From NCBI RefSeq assembly GCF_009914755.1, contig NC_060940.1: a stretch of 64,000 nt of DNA. One strand, written 5' to 3'. Below the pieces are notes generated by a model. It had not been told where the DNA came from. It did no database searches and was given only the letters and a program-made list of their open reading frames with translations. Made by a program: the position numbers and the translations under genes. The first letter of the stretch is position 1. Every line of letters begins with the position of its first letter. The stretch is from the human T2T-CHM13v2.0 reference genome, Homo sapiens. Below, one piece after another: positions 1 through 13,608 of the stretch.

Positions 1-1456
1 GATGATATCATTCGATTCCATTTGATGATAATTCCATTTGATTCCATGCGATGATTCTATTCGATTCCATTCAATGATAATTCCATTCAATTCAGTGATT
101 CCTCTGGACTCCATTTGATGATGATTCCATTCAATGATTCCATTCGATTCTATTCGAAAATGATTCCATTTGAACCCATTTGATGATGATTCCATTAGAT
201 TCCATTTGATGATTCCATTCGATTCCATTCGACGATGATTCCATTCGATTCCGTTTGATGATTCCATTCTATTCTATTCGACGATGATTCCATTCGATTC
301 CATTTGATGTTGATTCAATTCGATTCTATTCGATGATGATTCCATTGGATTTCACTTGATGATTCTATTCGATTCCATTCAATGATGATTCACTTCTCGT
401 CCATTGGATGATTCCATTTCATTCCATTCGATGATGATTCCATTCGATTCCATTCGATGATTCCATTTGATTCCATGCGACGGTGAGCAATTCGATTCAA
501 TTCCATGATGATTCTATTTGATTCAATTAGATGATGTTTCCATTCGAATCCATTCCATGATTATTCCATTGGAATCCATTCGGCGATGATTCCATATGAG
601 TCAATTCAATGATGATTCCATATGTGTCCGTTCGATGATAATTCCATTTGATTTCATTCGATGCTTCTATTCTATTCCAGTCGATGATGATTCCGTTGGA
701 GTCCATACGATGATTCCATTTGATTTCATTTAATGATGATTCCATTCGATGATGATTACATTGGATTCCATTCTATGATTCCATTCAATTCCATTCGTTG
801 ATGATTCGATTCCATTCAATGATGATTCCATTTGAGTTCATTCGATGATTCTATTCGATTCCGTTCGATGGTGATTCAATTCTATTATATTGGATGATTC
901 CACTCGATTCCATTTGATGATTATTCCATTGGAGTCCACTTAGTGAATCCTTTAGATTCTACTCGACGATTATTCCATTCGAGTCCATTCGATGATACCA
1001 TTCAATTCCATTCGTTGATGCTTCCATTCAAGTGCATTTGATGATATCATTCGATTCCATTTGATGATAATTCCATTTGATTTCATTCGATGCTTCTATT
1101 CTATTCCAGTCGATGATGATTCCGTTGGAGTCCATACGATGATTCCATTTGATTTCATTTGATGATGATTCCATTCGATGATGATTACATTGGATTCCAT
1201 TCTATGATTCCATTCAATTCCATTCGTTGATGATTCGATTCCATTCAATGATGATTCCATTTGAGTTCATTCGATGATTCTATTCGATTCCGTTCGATGG
1301 TGATTCAATTCTATTATATTGGATGATTCCAGTCGATTCCATTTGATGATTATTCCATTGGAGTCCACTTAGTGAATCCTTTAGATTCTACTCGACGATG
1401 ATTCCATTCGAGTCCATTCGATGATACCATTCAATTCCATTCGTTGATGCTTCCAT
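1..1456 (+). repeat. Rearranged end of the preceding ~6.1-kb unit, containing local tandem duplications of 1039 bp and 429 bp
   Basis: GATGATATCAT, normally at one fixed position per unit just after the landmark, occurs at 1, 1040 and 1469. The offset to the next canonical unit changes from 7580 to 6541 to 6112. Confidence 0.88.
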
Positions 1457-1511
1457 TCAAGTGCATTCGATGATATCATTCGATTCCATTTGATGATAAT
1501 TCCATTTGATT
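654..1511 (+). repeat. 429-bp tandem duplication (654-1082 and 1083-1511)
   Basis: GAGTCCACTTAGTGAATCC and GATGCTTCTATTCTATTCCAGTC each occur twice, 429 bp apart. The 20-mer GATGATAATTCCATTTGATT is at 634, 1063 and 1492. Confidence 0.9.
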
Positions 1512-4500
1512 CCATGCGATGATTCTATTCGATTCCATTCAATGATAATTCCATTCAATTCAGTGATTCCTCTGGACTCCATTTGATGATGATTCCATTC
1601 AATGATTCCATTCGATTCTATTCGAAAATGATTCCATTTGAATCCATTTGATGATGATTCCATTAGATTCCATTTGATGATTCCATTCGATTCCATTCGA
1701 CGATGATTCCATTCGATTCCGTTTGATGATTCCATTCTATTCTATTCGATGATGATTCCATTCGATTCCATTCGATGATGATTGGATTCGATTTCATTTG
1801 ATGATTTCATTTGATTCCATTCGTTAATGATTTCGATCAATTCCATTCGATGATTCCATTCGATTCCATTCGATAATGATTACATCCGAGTCCATTCGAT
1901 GATTCCCTTTGAGCCTGTTCGATAATTCCATTTGAGTCCAACCAATGATTCCATTCATTTCCATTCAATGATTCCATTCGAGTCCATTTGATCATTCCGG
2001 TAGGGTCCATTCGATGTTGATTCCATTGGAGTGCATTCGATGATTCCATTCGAGTCCATTTTAGGATTTGATTCGAGTCCTTTCGATGATTCCATTCGAT
2101 TCCACTCGATGATGATTTCATTCGAGTCCATTCGACACTTCCAATCGATTCCATTTGATGATTCCATTCGAGTCCAATTGATGATTCCATTCAATTCCAT
2201 TCGATGATGATTCCGTACGATTCCATTCTGTGATGATTCCATGTGATTGCATTCAATGATGATTCCTTTCGATTGCATTCGATTATGATTCATTTCGTGT
2301 TCATTCTATGGTTCCACAGGTTTCCATTCGTGTCCATTCCATTATTCCATTCTATTCCATTTGATGATGATTCCATTCGATTCCATTCATTGGTGATTCC
2401 ACTCAATTCCATTCAATGATTCCATTCCATTTCTTTCAACAATGATTCCATTAGTTTCTAATCGATGATCCACTTGATTCCATTTGACGACGATTCCATT
2501 CTTGTCCATTCGATGATTCCATTTGATTCCATATGATGATGATTCCATTCGATTCCATACCATGATGATTCCATTCGAGTCCATTCAATGGTGATTCCAT
2601 TCAATTCCATTCGATGATTCCTTTCGATTCCATTCGATGATGATGGCATTCGATTCCTTTCAATCATTCCCTTTGATTCCATTCCGAGGTGATTTCATTC
2701 AAGTCCATTCGATAATTGCATTCGATTCCATTCTATGATGATTCCATTCGAGTCCATTTGATGATTCCATTCAATTCAAGTCAATGATGATTCCATTCGA
2801 TTCCATTCGATGATTCCATTGGATTCCATTCGATGATGATTCCATTCAAATCCATTCGATAATTCAATTCAAGTCCATTCGATGATGATTCCAATCGAAT
2901 CCATTCAAAGATTCCATTCAGTTCCATTCGATGATTCCCTTAGATTCCATTCGATGATTCCACTTGATTGCATTTACGATGATTCCATTCGATTCCATGT
3001 GATGATTCCATTCAATTCTATTCAATGATGTCTCCATTTGATTCCATTCGACCATGATTGCCTTTGATTCCATTCAATGATTCCATTCGGTTCCGTTTGA
3101 TGATGATTCCGTTCGATTCCATTTGATGATTCCATTTGATTCCATTGGATGAGTCCATTCGATTACATTCGATGATTATTCCATTCGAGTGCATTAGATG
3201 ATTCCATTCGAGTCCATTCGATGATTCCATTCGATTCCATTCGATGTTGATTCTGTTCAAATCCATTCGATGATTCCACTCGATTCCATTCGTTGACTCC
3301 ATTTGATCCCATTCGATGATTTCCTTTGATTCCCTTTGATGATCATTCCATTTGATTCAATTCGGTGATTTCATTTGATTCCATTCAGTGATGTTTCCAT
3401 TCGACTCCATTCGATGATGATTCCATTCGACTCCATTCGATTATGATTTCATTCAATTCCATTCGATAATGATTCCCTTCGAGTCCATTCGATGATTCCA
3501 TTCGATTCCATTCAACGATGATTTGATTCGTGTCCATTCGATGATTCCATTTGATTCCACTTGATGATGATTCCATTCGAGTCCATTTGATGATTCCATT
3601 CAATTCCATACTCCGATGATTTCTTTTGAGCCCACTCAATGCTTCCACTCGATTCCATATGATGATGACTCCATTCAATGAAATTCGATGATGATTCCAT
3701 TCGCTTGCTTTCGATGATGATTCCACTTGAGTCCGTTAGAAGATTCTATTCAATTACATTCCATGACGATTCCGTTCGAGTCCATTTGATGATTCCATTA
3801 GACTCCATTCGACGATGATTCCATTCGATGTTATTCGATGATTCCATTCGATCTCATTCGATGATGATTCCATTCAACTCCATTCGATGTTTCCATTCGA
3901 GTTCATTCTATTATTCCATTAGATTCCATTCGATGATGATTCCATTCGATTCCATTTAATGATTGCATTCTATTTCATTTGATGATGATTCCATTCGAGT
4001 CCACTCGATGATTCCATTCGAGTCCATTTAATGAATCCATTGGTTTCAATTCTATGATGATTACATTGGATTCCATTCGTTGATGATTTCATTCGGTTCC
4101 TTTCAATGATGATTCCATTCAATTCCTTTCAATGTTTCCATTCAATTCCATACGATGATGATTCCATTTGATTTGATTCGACAGTGAGCCATTCGATTCA
4201 ATTCCATGATGATTCTATTTGATTCAATTGGTTGACATTTCCATTCGATTCCATTCGATGATGATTCCCTTTGATTCCGTTCAAAGATGATTCCATTCTA
4301 GCCCATTCAATCATTCCATTCGATTCTATTCAATGATGATTCCATTCATGTCGATTTGGTGATTCCATTTGACTTCATTTGATGATGATTCCTTTCAAGT
4401 TCATTAGATGATTCCATTCGATTCCATTTGATGATGATCCCATTCGAGTCTATTCAGTGATACCATTCGTTTCCATTCCATGATGATTCCATTCCATTCC

Positions 4501-7500
4501 ATTCAATGATTCCATTCGATTCCGTTTGATGATGATTTCATTCGAGTCCATTTGATGATTCCATTTGATTCCATTCGATGATGATTCCATTCGAGTCCAT
4601 TCGATGATTCTATTCGAATCCATTTGATGATTTCTTTTGATTATAGTTGGTGATGATTCCATTGGAGTCCATTCAATGATTCCATTCTATTCCAATCGAT
4701 GATGATTCCATTAGAGTCCATTTAATGATTCCATTTGATTCCAGTCTCTGATGATTACATTCGAGTCCATACGATGATTCCACTCAATTCCATATGATGA
4801 TGATTCCATTTGATTCCATTCGGTGATTCCATTCTATTCTATTCAATGGTGATTCCATTCGAGTACATTAGATGATTCCATTCGATTCCATTCAATGATG
4901 ATTCTATTTGTGTCCCTTAGATGATTCCACATGATTCCATTAGATGATGATACTATTTGAGCCCATCCAATGATTCCCTTCGATTCCATTCGATGAGGAT
5001 TCAATTCGATTCAATTCATTGGTGATTCTATTCAATTCAATTCTTTGATTCCATTCCATTCCATTCGACAATGATTCCATTCGATTTCTTTCAATGATTC
5101 CACTCGATTCCACTTGACATTGATTCCATTCGATTCCATTCAATGATTCCATTTGATTCCAGTGGATGATGATTGCCATCGATTCCATTCGATCACTCCA
5201 TTCTATTCCATTTGATGATGATTACATTCGATTCCATTTGATGATTCCATCTGATTCTATTCGAGGATTCCATTTGATTCCATTCGATGATGATTCCATT
5301 CGAGTCCATTCGATGATTTCATTCGAGTACATCCAATGATTCCATTCGAGTCCATTAGATGATTCCATTTGATTCCATTTGAAAATGATTCTACTAGAGT
5401 CCATTCAATGACTCCATTCGAGTCCATTCAACAATTCCATTCGACTCCATTCGATGATTCCATTCGATTCCATTTGATGGTTCCATTCGAGTCCATTTAA
5501 TCATTACAGTCGAGTCCATTTGGTGATTCCACTGGATTTCTTTTGATAATGATACCATTCAATTACATTTGATGATGATCCCATTCAATTTCATTTGATG
5601 ATGATTCCATTAGAGTCCATTCGATGATTTCATTCGAGTCCCTTCATTGATTCCATCCGATTTCATTGGATGATGACTCCATTCGAGTCCATTCGATGAT
5701 TCCACTCGATTCCATTAGATGACTCCATTGGAGTCCATTTGATTGTTCCATTCGATTCCATTCGATTCCTTTCGAAGATTATTCCATTTGAGTCCATTCG
5801 ATGATGATTCCATTCCATTCCATTCGATGATTCCGTTTGATTCCATTCGATGATTCCCTTCGATTCCTTTCTTTGATGATTCCATTCCATTCCATTCAAT
5901 GATTCCATTCGAATCTATTCCATGATGATTCCTTTCGATTCCATTCGCTGATGTTTCCGTTCAATTCCATTCGATGATGATTCCATTCGATTCCATTCAT
6001 TGAGGATTCCATTTGATTCCATTCAATGATGATTCCATTCTATTCCATTCAATGATTGCATTCAATTCCATTCAATGATTATCCCATTAGAGTAAACTCA
6101 ACGATTCCATTCAATACCATTCGATGATGATTCCTTTTGAGTCCATTCAATGATTTCATTCAAGTCCATTTGATGATTCCTTTCAATTCCATTCTATGAT
6201 GATTCCATTCGAGTCCATTCGATGATTCCATTCGATTGCATTCGATGATTCCATTATATTCCATTCAACGGTGATTCCATTCGAGTCCATTCCATGATTC
6301 CATTAGAGTACATTTAATGATTGCCTTGTTTTCAATTCGAAGATGATTACATTGGATTCCATTCTATGATACCATTCGATTCCATTCAATGATGATTCCA
6401 CTCAAATCCATTGGATGATTCCATTCATGTCCATTCGGTGATTTCATTAGATTCCATTCGAGGATGATTCCATTCGATTCCATTCGATGATTCCATTCAA
6501 TTCCATTCGATGATGATTCCATTCCAGTCCATATGATCATTCCATTTGATTTCATTCGATGATGATTCCATTCGATTCCATTCGACGATTCCATTCTATT
6601 CCATTCGATGATGATTCCATTCGAGTCCATTCGATCATTCCATTCGAGTCCATTTAATGATTCCATTGGGTTCAATTCAATGATGATTACATTGGATTCC
6701 GTTCTATGATTCCATTCAATTCCATTCATTGACAATTTGATTCCATTCGATGATGATTCCATTTGAGTTCATTCGATGATTCTATTCGATTCTCTTCGAT
6801 GGTGATTCAATTCTATTATATTGGATGATTCCATTCGATTCCATTTGATGTTGATTCAATTCGATTCTATTCGATGATGATTCCATTGGATTTCACTTGA
6901 TGATTCTATTCGATTCCATTCAATGATGATTCACTTCTCGTCCATTGGATGATTCCATTTCATTCCATTCGATGATGATTCCATTCGATTCCATTCGATG
7001 ATTCCATTTGATTCCATGCGACGGTGAGCAATTCGATTCAATTCCATGATGATTCTATTTGATTCAATTAGATGATGTTTCCATTCGAATCCATTCCATG
7101 ATTATTCCATTGGAATCCATTCGGCGATGATTCCATATGAGTCAATTCAATGATGATTCCATATGGGTCCGTTCGATGATAATTCCATTTGATTTCATTC
7201 GATGCTTCTATTCTATTCCAGTCGATGATGATTCCGTTGGAGTCCATACGATGATTCCATTTGATTTCATTTGATGATGATTCCATTCGATGAGGATTAC
7301 ATTGGATTCCATTCTATGATTCCATTCAATTCCATTCGTTGATGATTCGATTCCATTCAATGATGATTCCATTTGAGTTCATTCGATGATTCTATTCGAT
7401 TCCGTTCGATGGTGATTCAATTCTATTATATTGGATGATTCCACTCGATTCCATTTGATGATTATTCCATTGGAGTCCACTTAGTGAATCCTTTAGATTC

Positions 7501-7568
7501 TACTCGACGATGATTCCATTCGAGTCCATTCGATGATACCATTCAATTCCATTCGTTGATGCTTCCAT
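1457..7568 (+). repeat. Unit 1, type A, 6,112 bp (canonical length)
   Basis: Landmark spacing 1457 to 7569. ORF-track landmarks in the first part of the unit recur at +6112. Confidence 0.92.
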
Positions 7569-10500
7569 TCAAGTGCATTCGATGATATCATTCGATTCCA
7601 TTTGATGATAATTCCATTTGATTCCATGCGATGATTCTATTCGATTCCATTCAATGATAATTCCATTCAATTCAGTGATTCCTCTGGACTCCATTTGATG
7701 ATGATTCCATTCAATGATTCCATTCGATTCTATTCGAAAATGATTCCATTTGAATCCATTTGATGATGATTCCATTAGATTCCATTTGATGATTCCATTC
7801 GATTCCATTCGACGATGATTCCATTCGATTCCGTTTGATGATTCCATTCTATTCTATTCGATGATGATTCCATTCGATTCCATTCGATGATGATTGGATT
7901 CGATTCCATTTGATGATTTCATTTGATTCCATTCGTTAATGATTTCGATCAATTCCATTCGATGATTCCATTCGATTCCATTCGATAATGATTACATCCG
8001 AGTCCATTCGATGATTCCCTTTGAGCCTGTTCGATAATTCCATTTGAGTCCAACCAATGATTCCATTCATTTCCATTCAATGATTCCATTCGAGTCCATT
8101 TGATCATTCCGGTAGGGTCCATTCGATGTTGATTCCATTGGAGTGCCTTCGATGATTCCATTCGAGTCCATTTTAGGATTTGATTCGAGTCCTTTCGACG
8201 ATTCCATTCAATTCCACTCGATGATGATTTCATTCGAGTCCATTCGACACTTCCAATCGATTCCATTTGATGATTCCATTCGAGTCCAATTGATGATTCC
8301 ATTCAATTCCATTCGATGATGATTCCGTACGATTCCATTCTGTGATGATTGCATGTGATTGCATTCAATGATGATTCCTTTCGATTGCATTCGATTATGA
8401 TTCATTTCGTGTTCATTCTATGGTTCCACAGGTTTCCATTCGTGTCCATTCCATTATTCCATTCTATTCCATTTGATGATGATTCCATTCGATTCCATTC
8501 ATTGGTGATTCCACTCAATTCCATTCAATGATTCCATTCCATTTCTTTCAACAATGATTCCATTAGTTTCTAATCGATGATCCACTTGATTCCATTTGAC
8601 GACGATTCCATTCTTGTCCATTCGATGATTCCATTTGATTCCATATGATGATGATTCCATTCGATTCCATACCATGATGATTCCATTCGAGTCCATTCAA
8701 TGGTGATTCCATTCAATTCCATTCGATGATTCCTTTTGATTCCATTCGATGATGATGGCATTCGATTCCTTTCAATCATTCCCTTTGATTCCATTCAAAG
8801 GTGATTTCATTCAAGTCCATTCGATAATTGCATTCGATTCCATTCTATGATGATTCCATTCGAGTCCATTTGATGATTCCATTCAATTCAAGTCAATGAT
8901 GATTCCATTCGATTCCATTCGATGATTCCATTGGATTCCATTCGATGATGATTCCATTCAAATCCATTCGATAATTCAATTCAAGTCCATTCGATGATGA
9001 TTCCAATCGAATCCATTCAAAGATTCCATTCAGTTCCATTCGATGATTCCCTTAGATTCCATTCGATGATTCCACTTGATTGCATTTACGATGATTCCAT
9101 TCGATTCCATGTGATGATTCCATTCAATTCTATTCAATGATGTCTCCATTTGATTCCATTCGACCATGATTGCCTTTGATTCCATTCAATGATTCCATTC
9201 GGTTCCGTTTGATGATGATTCCGTTCGATTCCATTTGATGATTCCATTTGATTCCATTGGATGAGTCCATTCGATTACATTCGATGATTATTCCATTCGA
9301 GTGCATTAGATGATTCCATTCGAGTCCATTCGATGATTCCATTCGATTCCATTCGATGTTGATTCTGTTCAAATCCATTCGATGATTCCACTCGATTCCA
9401 TTCGTTGACTCCATTTGATCCCATTTGATGATTTCCTTTGATTCCCTTTGATGATCATTCCATTTGATTCAATTCGGTGATTTCATTTGATTCCATTCAG
9501 TGATGTTTCCATTCGACTCCATTCGATGATGATTCCATTCGACTCCATTCGATTATGATTTCATTCAATTCCATTCGATAATGATTCCCTTCGAGTCCAT
9601 TCGATGATTCCATTCGATTCCATTCAACGATGATTTGATTCGTGTCCATTCGATGATTCCATTTGATTCCACTTGATGATGATTCCATTCGAGTCCATTT
9701 GATGATTCCATTCAATTCCATACTCCGATGATTTCTTTTGAGCCCACTCAATGCTTCCACTCGATTCCATATGATGATGACTCCATTCGATGAAATTCGA
9801 TGATGATTCCATTCGCTTGCTTTCGATGATGATTCCACTTGAGTCCGTTAGAAGATTCTATTCAATTACATTCCATGACGATTCCGTTCGAGTCCATTTG
9901 ATGATTCCATTAGACTCCATTCGACGATGATTCCATTCGATGTTATTCCATGATTCCATTCGATCTCATTCGATGATGATTCCATTCAACTCCATTCGAT
10001 GTTTCCATTCGAGTTCATTCTATTATTCCATTAGATTCCATTCGATGATGATTCCATTCGATTCCATTTGATGATTGCATTCTATTTCATTTGATGATGA
10101 TTCCATTCGAGTCCACTCGATGATTCCATTCGAGTCCATTTAATGAATCCATTGGTTTCAATTCTATGATGATTACATTGGATTCCATTCGTTGATGATT
10201 TCATTCGGTTCCATTCAATGATGATTCCATTCAATTCCTTTCAATGTTTCCATTCAATTCCATACGATGATGATTCCATTTGATTTGATTCGACAGTGAG
10301 CCATTCGATTCAATTCCATGATGATTCTATTTGATTCAATTGGTTGACATTTCCATTCGATTCCATTCGATGATGATTCCCTTTGATTCCGTTCCAAGAT
10401 GATTCCATTCTAGCCCATTCAATCATTCCATTCGATTCTATTCAATGATGATTCCATTCATGTCGATTTGGTGATTCCATTTGACTTCATTTGATGATGA

Positions 10501-13500
10501 TTCCTTTCAAGTTCATTAGATGATTCCATTCGATTCCATTTGATGATGATCCCATTCGAGTCCATTCAGTGATTCCATTCGTTTCCATTCCATGATGATT
10601 CCATTCCTTTCCATTCAATGATTCCATTCGATTCCGTTTGATGATGATTTCATTCGAGTCCATTCGATGATTCTATTCGAATCCATTTGATGATTTCTTT
10701 TGATTATATTTGGTGATGATTCCATTGGAGTCCATTCAATGATTCCATTCTATTCCAATCGATGATGATTCCATTAGAGTCCATTTAATGATTCCATTTG
10801 ATTCCAGTCTCTGATGATTACATTCGAGTCCATACGATGATTCCACTCAATTCCATATGATGATGATTCCATTTGATTCCATTCGATGATTCCATTCTAT
10901 TCTATTCAATGGTGATTCCATTCGAGTACATTAGATGATTCCATTCGATTCCATTCAATGATGATTCTATTTGTGTCCCTTAGATGATTCCACATGATTC
11001 CATTAGATGATGATACTATTTGAGCCCATCCAATGATTCCCTTCGATTCCATTCGATGAGGATTCCATTCGATTCAATTCATTGGTGATTCTATTCAATT
11101 CAATTCTTTGATTCCATTCCATTCCATTCGACAATGATTCCATTCGATTTCTTTCGATGATTCCACTCGATTCCACTTGACATTGATTCCATTCGATTCC
11201 ATTCAATGATTCCATTTGATTCCAGTGGATGATGATTGCCATCGATTCCATTCGATCACTCCATTCTATTCCATTTGATGATGATTACATTCGATTCCAT
11301 TTGATGATTCCATCTGATTCTATTCGAGGATTCCATTTGATTCCATTCGATGATGATTCCATTCGAGTCCATTCGATGATTTCATTCGAGTACATCCAAT
11401 GATTCCATTCGAGTCCATTAGATGATTCCATTTGATTCCATTTGAAAATGATTCTACTAGAGTCCATTCAATGACTCCATTCGAGTCCATTCAACAATTC
11501 CATTCGACTCCATTCGATGATTCCATTCGATTCCATTTGATGGTTCCATTCGAGTCCATTTAATCATTACAGTCGAGCCCATTTGTTGATTCCACTGGAT
11601 TTCTTTTGATAATGATACCATTCAATTACATTTGATGATGATCCCATTCAACTTCATTTGATGATGATTCCATTAGAGTCCATTCGATGATTTCATTCGA
11701 GTCCCTTCATTGATTCCATCCGATTTCATTGGATGATGACTCCATTCGAGTCCATTCGATGATTCCACTCGATTCCATTAGATGACTCCATTGGAGTCCA
11801 TTTGATTGTTCCATTCGATTCCATTCGATTCCTTTCGAAGATTATTCCATTTGAGTCCATTCGATGATGATTCCATTCCATTCCATTCGATGATTCCGTT
11901 TGATTCCATTCGATGATTCCCTTCTATTCCTTTCTTTGATGATTCCATTCCATTCCATTCAATGATTCCATTCGAATCTATTCCATGATGATTCCTTACG
12001 ATTCCATTCGCTGATGTTTCCGTTCAATTCCATTCGATGATGATTCCATTCGATTCCATTCATTGAGGATTCCATTTGATTCCATTCAATGATGATTCCA
12101 TTCTATTCCATTCAATGATTGCATTCAATTCCATTCAATGATTATCCCCTTAGAGTAAACTCAACGATTCCATTCAATACCATTCGATGATGATTCCTTT
12201 TGAGTCCATTCAATGATTTCATTCAAGTCCATTTGATGATTCCTTTCAATTCCATTCTATGATGATTCCATTCGAGTCCATTCGATGATTCCATTCGATT
12301 GCATTCGATGATTCCATTATATTCCATTCAACGGTGATTCCATTCGAGTCCATTCCATGATTCCATTAGAGTACATTTAATGATTGCTTTGTTTTCAATT
12401 CGAAGATGATTAAATTGGATTCCATTCTATGATACCATTCGATTCCATTCAATGATGATTCCACTCAAATCCATTGGATGATTCCATTCGTGTCCATTCG
12501 GTGATTTCATTAGATTCCATTCGAGGATGATTCCATTCAATTCCATTCGATGATGATTCCATTCCAGTCCATATGATCATTCCATTTGATTTCATTCGAT
12601 GATGATTCCATTCGATTCCATTCGATGATTCCATTCTATTCCATTCGATGATGATTCCATTCGAGTCCATTCGATGATTCCATTCGAGTCCATTTAATGA
12701 TTCCATTGGGTTCAATTCAATGATGATTACATTGGATTCCGTTCTATGATTCCATTCAATTCCGTTCATTGACAATTTGATTCCATTCGATGATGATTCC
12801 ATTTGAGTTCATTCGATGATTCTATTCGATTCTCTTTGATGGTGATTCAATTCTATTATATTGGATGATTCCATTCGATTCCATTTGATGTTGATTCAAT
12901 TCGATTCTATTCGATGATGATTCCATTGGATTTCACTTGATGATTCTATTCGATTCCATTCGATGATGATTCACTTCTCGTCCATTGGATGATTCCATTT
13001 CATTCCATTCGATGATGATTCCATTCGATTCCATTCGATGATTCCATTTGATTCCATGCGACGGTGAGCAATTCGATTCAATTCCATGATGATTCTATTT
13101 GATTCAATTAGATGATGTTTCCATTCGAATCCATTCCATGATTATTCCATTGGAATCCATTCGGCGATGATTCCATATGAGTCAATTCAATGATGATTCC
13201 ATATGGGTCCGTTCGATGATAATTCCATTTGATTTCATTCGATGCTTCTATTCAATTCCAGTCGATGATGATTCCGTTGGAGTCCATACGATGATTCCAT
13301 TTGATTTCATTTGATGATGATTCCATTCGATGATGATTACATTGGATTCCATTCTATGATTCCATTCAATTCCATTCGTTGATGATTCGATTCCATTCAA
13401 TGATGATTCCATTTGAGTTCATTCGATGATTCTATTCGATTCCGTTCGATGGTGATTCAATTCTATTATATTGGATGATTCCACTCGATTCCATTTGATG

Positions 13501-13608
13501 ATTATTCCATTGGAGTCCACTTAGTGAATCCTTTAGATTCTACTCGACGATGATTCCATTCGAGTCCATTCGATGATACCATTCAATTCCATTCATTGAT
13601 GCTTCCAT
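7569..13608 (+). repeat. Unit 2, type A, 6,040 bp (49-bp deletion near 10660, 23-bp deletion near 12530)
   Basis: The offset to unit 1 falls from 6112 to 6063 (4940 vs 11003) and then to 6040 (6762 vs 12802). The missing subunits are visible in the sequence. Confidence 0.9.

Noticed and set aside
5048-5066. Short pure (CATTC)3 runs suggesting HSat3
   Set aside because: Only about 3 pentamers within an HSat2 context. HSat3 needs long (CATTC)n tracts.
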